Origin: Pseudomonadota bacterium | Lineage (GTDB): Bacteria; Pseudomonadota; Gammaproteobacteria; UBA9214 | Assembly: GCA_039714155.1 (NCBI GenBank) | Contig: JBDLJX010000001.1 | Span: 1,257 to 65,256 of the forward strand | DNA length: 64,000 nucleotides | Reading direction: 5' to 3' | Part shown: piece after piece, positions 9,898 to 21,185 of the stretch | Layout of the letters: each line of letters opens with the position of its first letter | Position numbering within the stretch: the first letter of the stretch is position 1 | Made by a program: the position numbers and the translations under genes | The notes under the pieces: generated by a model | Databases searched by the model: none | Told to the model about the DNA's origin: nothing | Seen by the model: the letters and a program-made list of their open reading frames with translations, nothing else

Positions 9898-9973
9898 CCC
9901 AGTCATTGCAAAAATCTTGCTGTGGGAGCGCCGTCCCCGGCGTGAATCGCGGCGAAACGCCGCTCCCACAGGA
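9898..9973. repeat. REP-like palindromic element, copy C
   Basis: cccagtcattgcaaaaatcttgc followed by tgtgggagcgccgtccccggcgtgaatcgcggcgaaacgccgctcccaca; flanks radA opposite copy B. Confidence 0.8.
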
Positions 9974-10087
9974 CTGTGACAGTGCTGCATCCGGGCTACA
10001 AAGGATTATTCGCGCCTGCGGGTAGTGTTGAAAGTCAAAAAACTCCCGGAAGCCTGGGCCTCCGTGAGTTCATGATTGACTCAGGTT

Positions 10088-10354
10088 TTATACCGGACCA
10101 ATCAGTTGTGCATGAATATTCTGTGAATGGACCCTGCCCAGCACATCCTGGGACGACATCTGGTCCCTGTTGTATTGCACCAGCATCAGATGGTAACGCA
10201 GCGGGCAGAACTCGGCGGTCTTGATGCCATTCGTATCTTCCAGCGCAGTTACCAGTTCCTGGCGACGTTCTTCTCCAAGCGTTTCCTCGACATGTACGAC
10301 AATTTCAATATTATGATCGGTTTCCGGTTGAATACCCTGCAATGTTTCTCCCAT
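10088..10354 (-). CDS. Hypothetical 88 aa protein (possible small alpha/beta fold), strong RBS
   Basis: AGGAGGTG 5 nt upstream of the ATG; coding-like codon usage; no confidently recognised family. Confidence 0.55.
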   Translation of the reverse strand: MGETLQGIQPETDHNIEIVVHVEETLGEERRQELVTALEDTNGIKTAEFCPLRYHLMLVQYNRDQMSSQDVLGRVHSQNIHAQLIGPV

Positions 10355-10849
10355 GGTGCACCTCCTGTCACATGCAGTTTCCGTTTCAAGATCTTGTTAC
10401 GGTTGTACTGCTCCTTTATATCCGGAAAATCGACTGTCTACGCAACTAACAAGACCCGCACAAGCTGCCCGGTTTCCCTCCGGATGAGCTGTCCGCTACA
10501 TCTCCCTGCTATCAGTAGTCAGTGATTCCTCCCGGATATTTATTAGCTGTCATCGTATTTGTTACCCGGTCTTGCCAGACCGTTATTGCAGCAAATCCCG
10601 CGGGTAAACACCGGCAGCCCCGATCTTGACAGGACAGGGCGGTAGGCGGAAATCAAGCTGGAAACAACGGGGAAGAAAAAAGCCATACAGGCGTACAGGG
10701 AAGAATGAGGACTCCTTGATAATCTGTGGTATTCCATGAAACCCCTCATATTCGCCATATTTTTGTCGCTGCCCGTGTGCCGTTGCACGTAGACTTGGTA
10801 TAAAAATAGTCGGGATTTTCAGGCTGTCAAGAACAACGGACGATCCGGG

Positions 10850-11926
10850 TCAGTCGATGTACTGGCGTTGCACCCGTTGACTGACACCACATAACAACTC
10901 GTAGGCAATCGTGTTTGCCGCTGCCGCAATCTCATCTACCGGCAAGCCGTCACCCCACAGGGTCACGCTATCACCGACAGCGGCCATCGGCACGGCACGC
11001 AGATCAATACAGATCATGTCCATCGATACACGCCCGGCCAGCGCCGCCGGTTGACCGGCAACCCGCACCGGTGTGCCCGACGGCAACTGCCGTGAATAAC
11101 CGTCACCGTAGCCAATCGCCGCAACACCGATCTTCATGCTCTCCGGACACACCCAGTCGCCGCCATAACCGATGGCATCACCCTGCCGGTGTTCATTCAC
11201 CGCGATCAGGCGGGTCTCAAGCGTCATTACCGGTTGCAAATCAAGCTGCTGTGCAGTCTTGCCTGCCAGTGGCGAACCGCCGTACAGCATAATGCCGGGC
11301 CGCACCCAGTCCAGACAGGCATCCGGCCAGGCAAGTATCGCAGCGGAATTCGCCAGTGTGGTCTCACCCGGCAGGCTGCTGGTGGCATCACGGAAGCTGT
11401 GCAACTGAGCATCCGTATACGGGTTATCGGTGTCATCGGCACAGGCCAAATGCGACATCAGATATACCGATCCGACCTGTGCAAGACCCTGCAACTGCTC
11501 CAGCACACCTGCCGCAGTGGCTGCCGGGAATCCCAGCCGGTGCATGCCGGTATCCAGTTTCAGCCAGACATCGACGGGGTGTGACAGGCGTGCCTGTGCC
11601 AGCATCTGCAACTGGCTTTGATGGTGGACCACCATATCCACGCGGTACCCGCCGATCAGGATGAGTTCATCAGCCGCAAAGGCGCCTTCCAGCAGGACAA
11701 TACGCCGGTCAAAACCGGCCTCGCGCAGGGTAATGGCCTCCTCGATACTGGCAACACCGAAGGCATCCGCCGCCGACAGCGACTGTGCTACCGGCAGCAG
11801 GCCATGCCCGTAGGCATCGGCCTTGATAATCGCCATGACCTTGCTGTCAGGCGCAGCCTGTTTTACGCGCTTGAAGTTATGCTGGAGGGCCGACAGGTGA
11901 ATACATGCCCGCGCCGGGCGCGTCAT
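10850..11926 (-). CDS. alr: Alanine racemase
   Basis: 358 aa; PLP-lysine motif AIIKADAYGHG; directly downstream of dnaB as in E. coli dnaB-alr. Confidence 0.92.
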   Translation of the reverse strand: MTRPARACIHLSALQHNFKRVKQAAPDSKVMAIIKADAYGHGLLPVAQSLSAADAFGVASIEEAITLREAGFDRRIVLLEGAFAADELILIGGYRVDMVVHHQSQLQMLAQARLSHPVDVWLKLDTGMHRLGFPAATAAGVLEQLQGLAQVGSVYLMSHLACADDTDNPYTDAQLHSFRDATSSLPGETTLANSAAILAWPDACLDWVRPGIMLYGGSPLAGKTAQQLDLQPVMTLETRLIAVNEHRQGDAIGYGGDWVCPESMKIGVAAIGYGDGYSRQLPSGTPVRVAGQPAALAGRVSMDMICIDLRAVPMAAVGDSVTLWGDGLPVDEIAAAANTIAYELLCGVSQRVQRQYID

Positions 11927-13320
11927 GCAAAATCACCGGAGGAATAACCGTCGTTGGCGTAGTTCTCAAAGCGGGTAAACTGGCCACGGAAGGTCAGGAA
12001 ACGGGTACCGATAGGACCGTTACGCTGCTTGCCGATAATAATCTCGGCAATACCTTTCTGTGGACTGTCCTCGTTATAGACCTCGTCCCGGTAGATAAAG
12101 ACAATGACGTCGGCATCCTGTTCGATAGCGCCGGATTCACGCAGGTCTGACATAACCGGGCGTTTGTCCTGACGTTGTTCGAGACCGCGATTCAGCTGTG
12201 ACAGTGCCACCACCGGCACTTCCAGTTCCTTCGCCAGCGCCTTGAGATTACGCGAAATCTCGGATATCTCGTTGGTGCGGTTCTCTTTAGTGCCGGGCAC
12301 CTGCATCAACTGCAGGTAATCGATCACAATCAGGCCCAGGTCATGTTCGCGTTTCAGACGACGTGCGCGGGCGCGCAGTTCCGTCGGCGACAGTGCCGGC
12401 GTGTCGTCGATATACAGCGGCGCCGTATCCAGCAGGCTCACGGCCGATGTCAGGCGTGGCCAGTCATCATCCTCGAGTTTGCCGGTGCGAATCTTGTGCT
12501 GGTCGATATGCCCGAGTGAAGACATCATGCGCAATGCCAGTTGCTCGCCCGGCATCTCCATGCTGAAGATCGCTACCGGCAACTGGTGCTTGATGGCCGC
12601 ATTCTCGGCGAAATTCATGGCCAGCGTCGTCTTGCCCATGGAAGGCCGTCCGGCGACGATGATGAGATCGGAAGGTTGCAGGCCGGCGGTCATTTCATCC
12701 AGGTCAGTGAACCCCGTCGGCACGCCGGTAATCGGTTCATCCTGCTGGAACAACCGGTCAATGCGGTCAACCGCGGCGCTCAACAGGCTGCGAATATTAC
12801 GAAACCCGCGCTGGCCCCGCTTGCCGCGTTCGGCGATCCGGAATACCCGCTGCTCGGCGTGTTCGAGCAACTCGGTGGAGCTGCGACCCTCGGTAATATA
12901 GGCACTGCCGGCAATCTCGTTGCCGATGGTAATCAGCTCGCGCAGAACGGCATGTTCGCGGACAATGTCTGCATAGGCCTGGATATTGGCGGCACTTGGT
13001 GTGTTTTGCACCAGCGCGCCGAGTGTTGCAAGGCCACCGGTCTGTTCCAGCAGCTGGTTCTTTTCCAGCCATTCGGACAGTGTGACGGCATCAAACGGGC
13101 TGCTGGATTCAGCCAGTTGCGCAATGGCACGGAAGATGAGTCGGTGATCGCGACGGTAGAAGTCTTCCTCGACAACATGGCCGGCAACCTTGTCCCAGGC
13201 GTTGTTGTCGAGCATGAGGCCGCCCAGTACGGCCTGTTCCGCCTGACGCGAGTGCGGCGGCACCTTCAGCGCATCGCCGTCTGCCGGTATTACATCCGCG
13301 GAACGAAGAGTTTCAGCCAT
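11923..13320 (-). CDS. dnaB: Replicative DNA helicase DnaB
   Basis: 465 aa; Walker A GRPSMGKTT, SMEM and QLNR helicase motifs; no intein. Confidence 0.95.
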   Translation of the reverse strand: MAETLRSADVIPADGDALKVPPHSRQAEQAVLGGLMLDNNAWDKVAGHVVEEDFYRRDHRLIFRAIAQLAESSSPFDAVTLSEWLEKNQLLEQTGGLATLGALVQNTPSAANIQAYADIVREHAVLRELITIGNEIAGSAYITEGRSSTELLEHAEQRVFRIAERGKRGQRGFRNIRSLLSAAVDRIDRLFQQDEPITGVPTGFTDLDEMTAGLQPSDLIIVAGRPSMGKTTLAMNFAENAAIKHQLPVAIFSMEMPGEQLALRMMSSLGHIDQHKIRTGKLEDDDWPRLTSAVSLLDTAPLYIDDTPALSPTELRARARRLKREHDLGLIVIDYLQLMQVPGTKENRTNEISEISRNLKALAKELEVPVVALSQLNRGLEQRQDKRPVMSDLRESGAIEQDADVIVFIYRDEVYNEDSPQKGIAEIIIGKQRNGPIGTRFLTFRGQFTRFENYANDGYSSGDFA

Positions 13321-13503
13321 GGAATCCTGTTATAACAAAAAGCCGTTACTGTCATTTATTAATCGAGCGACAGCATAAATAGCACAAACAACCGGTAATG
13401 GTAATCTTGTTTATTTTATTTGTTTATGCGTTCGCATAATCCCCCCATGACTACACGATAACCACCAATAACAGGCTGTTTCGGTTACTGCCTGTGAGCA
13501 GTT

Positions 13504-13953
13504 TTATTTTTCTGCTTCAATTACCAGTTTTACAGTGACATTAACATCGGTGTGCAGGTGCAACTCAACGTCATATTCTCCGACCTGGCGAAACGCACCC
13601 AAAGGCAGGCGCACTTCATTACGTTCAACTTCAATACCGGCATCGTTGATGGCACTGGCAATATCACTGGTGCCAACCGAACCGAACAGCTTGCCCTCTT
13701 CACCGACCCTGGCCGCAATGGTCACGACCAGACCAGTCAGCTTGTCGCGACGCGTTTCTGCTCTCACCAGTGCATCCGCCGAGGCCATTTCGAGTTCGGC
13801 ACGACGCGCCTCGAACTCGGCGATATTCTCGGCAGTGGCCGGTGCTGCCTTGCCCTGGGGGATCAGGAAATTGCGGCCATAGCCGGGTTTAACACTAACG
13901 CGGTCGCCAAGGGCGCCGAGATTCTCGATCTTTTCAAGCAGGATAACATCCAT
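13504..13953 (-). CDS. rplI: 50S ribosomal protein L9
   Basis: 149 aa, [32 protein letters not shown]. Confidence 0.95.
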   Translation of the reverse strand: MDVILLEKIENLGALGDRVSVKPGYGRNFLIPQGKAAPATAENIAEFEARRAELEMASADALVRAETRRDKLTGLVVTIAARVGEEGKLFGSVGTSDIASAINDAGIEVERNEVRLPLGAFRQVGEYDVELHLHTDVNVTVKLVIEAEK

Positions 13954-13974
13954 CGTTACAACCTCTGGTTAATC

Positions 13975-14913
13975 TCATGTTTCGTTGTCTGTATTGCTAC
14001 CGGCCCCGCCAAGGCGCCGGCGAAAATCAATCCACGTGTCCAGCAGACCACCGCCTGCCAGTAACAGTGTCGCCTGCGGCATAATGGCCAGCAGGACATA
14101 CACTACAATCAACAGACCCTTGCCACGCCCCCTGGCTGCCACCAGACCATGCAAGACTGCCAGCCCGACAAACAGGTACGGTACCAGCAGCACCATGGCA
14201 GCCTGTGACGCCATGTCACTGAAGGGCTCTCCGGTAACGCGAGTGCTGAGCATGACTGCCAGTGTCAGCACGCCAACGCCCTGCCCCAGCCTGATGCCGA
14301 TAAATTCCTTTCGCAAGCCACCCGGATTCACCAGCAGCGCCTGCCACCAACGCGCCAGGAGTATGCTGCAAATGGCACCGAGTACCAGTGACGCCAGCAC
14401 TACACCCGTCATCAGGCGCGACAAAGGCTGCAGTAATTCATCGGCCGGCACTTCAGCCGTTAACACACCGGCCTGTTCGAGCACATCAGCCAGTGTCTGC
14501 AGGCGCTCAAGCCACCAGCTCGCCGGGTCTCCGTACACGGCAAACACGGTCAACAGGGCCAATACGCCCAGTGCCGCACCCGCCTGCAGGGTTGCAGCCA
14601 GACTCACCGTGTTACGCAACACGATGCTCAACAGCCAGCACGGTAACCACAACAGCAACACCGTTATCGCCATGGCCGCAGCCGGCATACCGGCAAACTG
14701 GTAAAACAGTGTAGTGATGGCAGTCGCTGCGGCCAGCACTACAAACCCCTGTGCCGGACTGATGTACAGGGTCACAAGACCGACCACTGCGGCGCCGAGA
14801 TAATGCGTCATCGAACTTAACGGTGGCAGCATGAATGCCACGATCCCGCTCAGCGCAGCCACCAGGATCGCCTGGCCGCGGCCGCGAACGATAAAACCTG
14901 CCAGTGCCTTCAC
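13975..14913 (-). CDS. DUF2232-type polytopic membrane protein between rpsR and rplI
   Basis: 312 aa, 8-10 predicted TM helices; same position as the conserved membrane protein between rpsR and rplI in Pseudomonas-type ribosomal operons. Confidence 0.7.
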   Translation of the reverse strand: MKALAGFIVRGRGQAILVAALSGIVAFMLPPLSSMTHYLGAAVVGLVTLYISPAQGFVVLAAATAITTLFYQFAGMPAAAMAITVLLLWLPCWLLSIVLRNTVSLAATLQAGAALGVLALLTVFAVYGDPASWWLERLQTLADVLEQAGVLTAEVPADELLQPLSRLMTGVVLASLVLGAICSILLARWWQALLVNPGGLRKEFIGIRLGQGVGVLTLAVMLSTRVTGEPFSDMASQAAMVLLVPYLFVGLAVLHGLVAARGRGKGLLIVVYVLLAIMPQATLLLAGGGLLDTWIDFRRRLGGAGSNTDNET

Positions 14914-14964
14914 GCAGCTAATCCCGGCAGCAACATAACCCTGCGGTTATGCCAGTCGTGCCTG

Positions 14965-15189
14965 TCAGTGTGAATCGCAGTACGGCAGCAATGCCAGGTA
15001 GCGCGCACGCTTGATGGCCGTGGACAGCTGGCGCTGGTAGCGTGCCTTGGTACCGGTGATGCGACTGGGAACGATCTTGCCGGTTTCAGTGACGTACTGT
15101 TTCAGCAAGTTGATGTCCTTGTAATCGATCTCTTCGATGCCCTCGGCAGTGAAGCGACAAAACTTGCGACGACGAAAATAACGAGCCAT
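14965..15189 (-). CDS. rpsR: 30S ribosomal protein S18
   Basis: 74 aa [14 protein letters not shown]... canonical S18. Confidence 0.95.
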   Translation of the reverse strand: MARYFRRRKFCRFTAEGIEEIDYKDINLLKQYVTETGKIVPSRITGTKARYQRQLSTAIKRARYLALLPYCDSH

Positions 15190-15221
15190 GGTCTTTACCT
15201 TGTCAGAAAATACTTGCTGGG

Positions 15222-15791
15222 TTATTCGGGCTTGGCCGGTGTCTCTTCAGCATCCCCGGCACCGGCTGCAGATTCGGCATCCACCCCGGCAGCGGGCGCA
15301 CTGGCTTCACCGGCTTCAGATTCGGCACCAGCCTCGGCAGCGGGCACACTGGCTTCACCGGCTTCGGATTCGGCACCGGCTTCAGGTTCAGCAGCGACTT
15401 CTGCAGCAGGCGCGCTGTCTTCACCGGTGTCAGCAGCGGTGGCGCCCTCGTCACTCCGCTCTTTCTTTTCTTCCGGTTTCTTCACCAACTGCGACGCATC
15501 GGTAACGGCTTCCTTGCGACTGATGATCATGTTTCTGAGTACGGCATCGTTGAAGCGGAAGGCGCTGGATAATTCCTCGAGCGTATCGGTATTACACTCG
15601 ATGTTCATCAGTACGTAGTGTGCCTTGTGCAACTTCTGGATCGGGTAGGCAAGCTGGCGCCGCCCCCAGTCTTCAAGACGATGAATCGCACCACCGCCGG
15701 ACTCAATGCTGGTGCGGTAACGCTCAATCATGGCAGGTACTTGTTCACTCTGGTCAGGATGGACCAGAAACACAACTTCGTAATGTTTCAT
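15222..15791 (-). CDS. rpsF: 30S ribosomal protein S6 with long repetitive acidic Ala/Glu/Gly C-terminal tail
   Basis: 189 aa; N-terminus [16 protein letters not shown] typical of S6; C-terminal about 70 aa built from tandem approximately 42-bp DNA repeats encoding [13 protein letters not shown](V/A)PAA; no priB between rpsF and rpsR. Confidence 0.9.
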   Translation of the reverse strand: MKHYEVVFLVHPDQSEQVPAMIERYRTSIESGGGAIHRLEDWGRRQLAYPIQKLHKAHYVLMNIECNTDTLEELSSAFRFNDAVLRNMIISRKEAVTDASQLVKKPEEKKERSDEGATAADTGEDSAPAAEVAAEPEAGAESEAGEASVPAAEAGAESEAGEASAPAAGVDAESAAGAGDAEETPAKPE

Positions 15792-15869
15792 ACAGACCCC
15801 TTGTGGATTGGTAGCCCTCTGGCCTGGCAGAGAGCAAGGAGTTATAAATCAAATTGTTAGAGGCCGCGC

Positions 15870-15899
15870 ATTGTACGTGAGAGAAGCGGTGGATGTAAA
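15870..15899 (-). promoter_or_regulatory. Putative sigma70 promoter of rpsF operon
   Basis: On the minus strand: TTTACA, 18 nt spacer, TACAAT, about 75 nt upstream of rpsF ATG. Confidence 0.4.
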
Positions 15900-16000
15900 T
15901 ACCCCTTGTGGCCCCGAAACCCGGCTCGCGCAAAGACACCAGGGCATAAAGCAACCGTAGCCCGGATGCAGGCGCGCAGCGCCGGAATCCAGGCTACCTG

Positions 16001-16753
16001 TCATGTGGCCTGCCGCCGCTGCCGTACTGCCTCGTACAGCAACACCCCGGCCGCCACCGAGACATTCAGGCTCTCGACCTGCCCGGCCATCGGAATCGCC
16101 AGCTGGTAGTCACATAAATCCCGGGTCAGGCGCCGCAGGCCCTTGCCCTCGCCGCCCAGCACCAGTGCAATCGGCCCCTGCAGGCTCATGTCATAGATTG
16201 CTGTATCGGCGGCATCACTGGCGGCATACAACCAGATTCCGGCAGCCTTGAGACTGCGCAGGCAACGCGCCAGATTCGTTACCGAGAACAACGGTACGGT
16301 TTCGGCTGCCCCGCTGGCGACCTTGCGCACCGTCGGCGTGATATGGGCCGCCCGGTCACGCGGCACGATCACCGCATGCACACCGGCAGCATCGGCGGTA
16401 CGCAGACAGGCACCGAGGTTGTGCGGGTCCTGCACACCATCGAGCACCAGCAGGAATGGCGTCGCATCAAGATTATCGAGAAACGGCTGCAGTTCCGCCT
16501 CGCGCAGCCCCTCGCCGGAAAGTGAAACCCGTGCAATAACGCCCTGGTGCCGCATCCCCGGTTGCATGTCATCAAGTTCCGCACGCGGCATGCTATGCAC
16601 CGGAATACCGGCAGCCGATGCCAGCTCGATAATGCGCTGGCAACGGCTGTCCCTGCGACTGTCCGCGACATTGATTTCATGCACACTGCCCGGCCGCACC
16701 GACAGCAACGTGGTTACGGCATGCAGTCCGCAGACACAGGTCTTTCCGGTCAT
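16001..16753 (-). CDS. rlmB: 23S rRNA (guanosine2251-2'-O)-methyltransferase RlmB (SpoU family)
   Basis: 250 aa; SpoU motifs LVLDGVQDPHNLGA and GGEGKGL; downstream of rnr as in E. coli. Confidence 0.88.
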   Translation of the reverse strand: MTGKTCVCGLHAVTTLLSVRPGSVHEINVADSRRDSRCQRIIELASAAGIPVHSMPRAELDDMQPGMRHQGVIARVSLSGEGLREAELQPFLDNLDATPFLLVLDGVQDPHNLGACLRTADAAGVHAVIVPRDRAAHITPTVRKVASGAAETVPLFSVTNLARCLRSLKAAGIWLYAASDAADTAIYDMSLQGPIALVLGGEGKGLRRLTRDLCDYQLAIPMAGQVESLNVSVAAGVLLYEAVRQRRQAT

Positions 16754-16774
16754 GGCGTACAGACCCTCATTGCT

Positions 16775-19051
16775 TCAACGCTGTTTCTTTCTGCGTCGCC
16801 GGCTGTTCACCGAGCCCTTCTCGACGAGTTCGAGATCAATCTTGCGGTCATCCAGGTTGACCTGTACCACGTTGACAACCACCGTGTCGCCGAGGCGGTA
16901 GATCCGGTTGGTGCGCTCTCCCATAAGCCAGTGACGGGTCGGATCATAATGGTAATAGTCATTACCCAGGGCCGTAACATGCACCAGTCCCTCGATATAG
17001 ACGTCCCTGAGTTCAACAAAGATGCCGAACGAGGTCACGCTGCTGATTATGCCGCGGAAGGTCTCGCCAATATGGTCCAGCATATATTCGCACTTGAGCC
17101 AGTCCACGGCATCGCGGGTAGCGTCATCGGCACGCCGCTCCGTCATGGAGCACTGATCACCCAGGGCCTGCATATCGGTATGCGTGTAGTCGAATGCAGC
17201 GGGCTTCCCGCCCCGCAGGACATGCCGTATTGCCCGGTGTACCAGCAAATCCGGATAACGGCGAATCGGCGAGGTGAAATGCACATACTTTTCATGCGCC
17301 AGGCCAAAATGGCCGATATTCTCCGGGTGGTACTCGGCGCGCGGCATCGACCGCAACAGCACGGTATTGATCAGGTGCTCATCCGGACGACCGGTTACGG
17401 CAGCCAGCAAACGGGCATAGTCCTTCGCCTGCGGCCGCAGGCCTCCGGATATCGACAGCCCCAGCTCACGCAGGAATTCCTGCACGTCTTCCACCTTATC
17501 GCTGTCGGGACGACCGTGCACACGGAACAGCGTCGGCAGCTTGTGGCGAATCAGGAACCGCGCAGCCGCGACATTGGCCGCGATCATGCATTCCTCGATC
17601 AGCTTGTGGGCATCATTACGCAGCAGTGGCACGATGCGCTCGATCTTGCGGTCCTCGCTGAAGACGATGCGGGTTTCCGTCGTTTCAAAATCGATGGCAC
17701 CACGTGCTTCGCGCGCCTCGCGCAACAGCTTGTACAGTTCGTGCAGGGCTTCGAGATGTGGCAGCAGTGAGTGGTATTTCCTGCCGAGCTCTTTATCACC
17801 GTCAATCAGCATGGCAGCAACCTGCGTGTAGGTCAGACGCGCATGCGAGCGCATAACAGCCTCGAGAAAACGCGAGCGCGTCATCTTGCCGGCGGCATCG
17901 AACTGCATCTCGCAGACCATGCACAGGCGGTCCACCTCGGGATTCAGCGAACACAGACCATTGGACAGCACCTCCGGCAACATCGGGATGACCCGTTCCG
18001 GGAAATACACCGAGTTGCCGCGCCTCTCGGCCTCATGGTCCAGCGCGGTATCCGGCAGCACGTAATGCGAGACATCGGCAATCGCAACCAGCAGCCGCCA
18101 GCCGGAAGATGTACGCTCGCAATGGACCGCGTCATCAAAATCCCTCGCATCCTCGCCATCGATCGTAACCAGTGGTACATCACGCAAATCGGTACGGCCC
18201 TGTTTGGCATCCTCAGGCACGTCTTCCGTGCAGCCACTGACTTCCGCCTCGACGGCTGCCGGCCATTCCTGCGGCAACTCATGACTGCGGATGGCGATAT
18301 CGATCTCCATGCCGGGTGCCATGTGCTCACCCAGCACCTCGATGACACGCCCAATCGGCCGGTTGCGCTTGCCCGGTTGTTCGATGATCTCGACCGTAAC
18401 AATCTGGCCATGTGTGGCAGCACTCGTTTCCGCATCCGGCACGGAAATGTCATGGGCAAGGCGTTTATTGTCCGGCACCACAAAATAGATGCCGCTCTCC
18501 CGGTAGAACCGTCCGACCACCCGGTGCGTATTGCGCTGCAGCACTTCGACCACCTCACCCTCGAGGCGGCCGCGCCGGTCCTTGCCGACGATACGCGCCT
18601 GCACCCGGTCGTCATGGAATACACTGCGCATCTGCCGGGCAGACAGGTAGACATCATCACTGTCATCATCTGTCACGAGGAAACCAAAGCCGTCCGGATG
18701 GCCGATCACTCGCCCCTGCACCAGGTCAAACTGCTCAGTCAGTGCATAACAGTTACGCCGGTTACGCACCAGCTGCCCGTCGCGCACCATGGCCTGCAGA
18801 CGTCTTCGCAGCGCTTCCTGGCCATCGTCATCGCGAATATTGACCAGCCTGGCGAGTTCGTCACGCTGCACCGGTGAGCCGGCCTCGGCAATAATTTCCA
18901 GTATCAGTTCACGACTGGCAATGGGTTGTTCATAACGCGTTGCCTCACGTTGCGCATGCGGGTCATGCCGGCGTCTTTTACTAATGGTTTTCTGTTTACG
19001 TTTTCGTTTCATAGGGGTTGAGAATAATCCTTTATTGATGCGTCCGGCCAT
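16775..19051 (-). CDS. rnr: Ribonuclease R
   Basis: 758 aa; RNB catalytic domain, cold-shock and S1 domains, basic C-terminal tail (RRRRKKQR). Start may be the internal MKRKRKQ (about 19012). Confidence 0.93.
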   Translation of the reverse strand: MAGRINKGLFSTPMKRKRKQKTISKRRRHDPHAQREATRYEQPIASRELILEIIAEAGSPVQRDELARLVNIRDDDGQEALRRRLQAMVRDGQLVRNRRNCYALTEQFDLVQGRVIGHPDGFGFLVTDDDSDDVYLSARQMRSVFHDDRVQARIVGKDRRGRLEGEVVEVLQRNTHRVVGRFYRESGIYFVVPDNKRLAHDISVPDAETSAATHGQIVTVEIIEQPGKRNRPIGRVIEVLGEHMAPGMEIDIAIRSHELPQEWPAAVEAEVSGCTEDVPEDAKQGRTDLRDVPLVTIDGEDARDFDDAVHCERTSSGWRLLVAIADVSHYVLPDTALDHEAERRGNSVYFPERVIPMLPEVLSNGLCSLNPEVDRLCMVCEMQFDAAGKMTRSRFLEAVMRSHARLTYTQVAAMLIDGDKELGRKYHSLLPHLEALHELYKLLREAREARGAIDFETTETRIVFSEDRKIERIVPLLRNDAHKLIEECMIAANVAAARFLIRHKLPTLFRVHGRPDSDKVEDVQEFLRELGLSISGGLRPQAKDYARLLAAVTGRPDEHLINTVLLRSMPRAEYHPENIGHFGLAHEKYVHFTSPIRRYPDLLVHRAIRHVLRGGKPAAFDYTHTDMQALGDQCSMTERRADDATRDAVDWLKCEYMLDHIGETFRGIISSVTSFGIFVELRDVYIEGLVHVTALGNDYYHYDPTRHWLMGERTNRIYRLGDTVVVNVVQVNLDDRKIDLELVEKGSVNSRRRRKKQR

Positions 19052-19131
19052 GGCGGGAGCAAATTGACAAGTTTTGGAACAGCAGGTAGAGTTCGCGCTC
19101 CCGGGACGGCAATCGCCTGTCCTGCCGCATG

Positions 19132-19218
19132 GCCGAGGTGGTGAAATTGGTAGACACGCTAGCTTCAGGTGCTAGTGGGGGTAACCCCGTGGAGGTTCAA
19201 GTCCTCTCCTCGGCACCA
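19132..19218 (+). tRNA. tRNA-Leu (anticodon CAG), with CCA
   Basis: gccgaggtggtgaaattggtagacacgc...; anticodon loop cttCAGgt; long variable arm; T-arm ggttcaagtcc; 3' CCA encoded. Confidence 0.9.
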
Positions 19219-19393
19219 TCTTCTATTTCTGCTTGATAATCAGTAGTATAATATCAATTCTTGGTATATACCATGTGCTTTCGCAGCGATCGCCCTGTGT
19301 TTATCCTGCTCAGGGCCGAGCGGTGTCTGCATGAGGCCAGCATGGGTCCGGTGCATCTGCTATAGACTCGACCAGGGGAACGACGAAAACCTG

Positions 19394-19696
19394 ATGAAAA
19401 GAATCCTGTTATCACTACTGGCTGCGTCAGGACTGCTGGCAGTCACCTCCGCATCGGCTGACGAGATTGTCAGGCTGATCTGCAGGTTCGAGCATGGCGA
19501 GATTGAGGTGAGCGTCAACTACAGCAAGGAAACCGCCAACGGCGCTGTCGCCATGATCTCGGACAAGGAAATCATCTGGACGCCGAAAGGCGGCAACAAG
19601 GGACTGGCCGTTATCAACCGTTACACCGGCGTCATGCAGATCAGCAAGGGTCGCAGCGAATTTATTGGCATGTGTAACAAGGCCAAAGCCAAATAG
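19394..19696 (+). CDS. Small secreted hypothetical protein (signal peptide, 2 Cys)
   Basis: About 100 aa from MKRILLSLLAASGLLAVTSASA; AxA cleavage site; no recognisable domain. Confidence 0.55.
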   Translation: MKRILLSLLAASGLLAVTSASADEIVRLICRFEHGEIEVSVNYSKETANGAVAMISDKEIIWTPKGGNKGLAVINRYTGVMQISKGRSEFIGMCNKAKAK

Positions 19697-19718
19697 CAAA
19701 CCTTGTCACGTTGTGTAA

Positions 19719-21137
<1,419 letters not shown>

Positions 21138-21185
21138 ATAAGAATTGATTTCCTTTGCGTCTTTGCGGTGAAATAATTCCGTTAT

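Noticed and set aside
10543-10788. 81 aa minus-strand ORF in the alr-downstream spacer
   Set aside because: No RBS, Cys/Ser-rich junk-like composition; treated as part of a long 5' leader instead.
12541-13335. 264 aa plus-strand ORF
   Set aside because: Antisense to dnaB; GC-rich frame artefact.
15188-15618. Plus-strand ORFs rich in Ala/Ser/Pro repeats
   Set aside because: Mirror image of the repetitive acidic tail of rpsF on the other strand.
16547-18877. 407 aa and 368 aa plus-strand ORFs
   Set aside because: Both lie wholly inside rnr/rlmB on the opposite strand; high-GC antisense artefacts.
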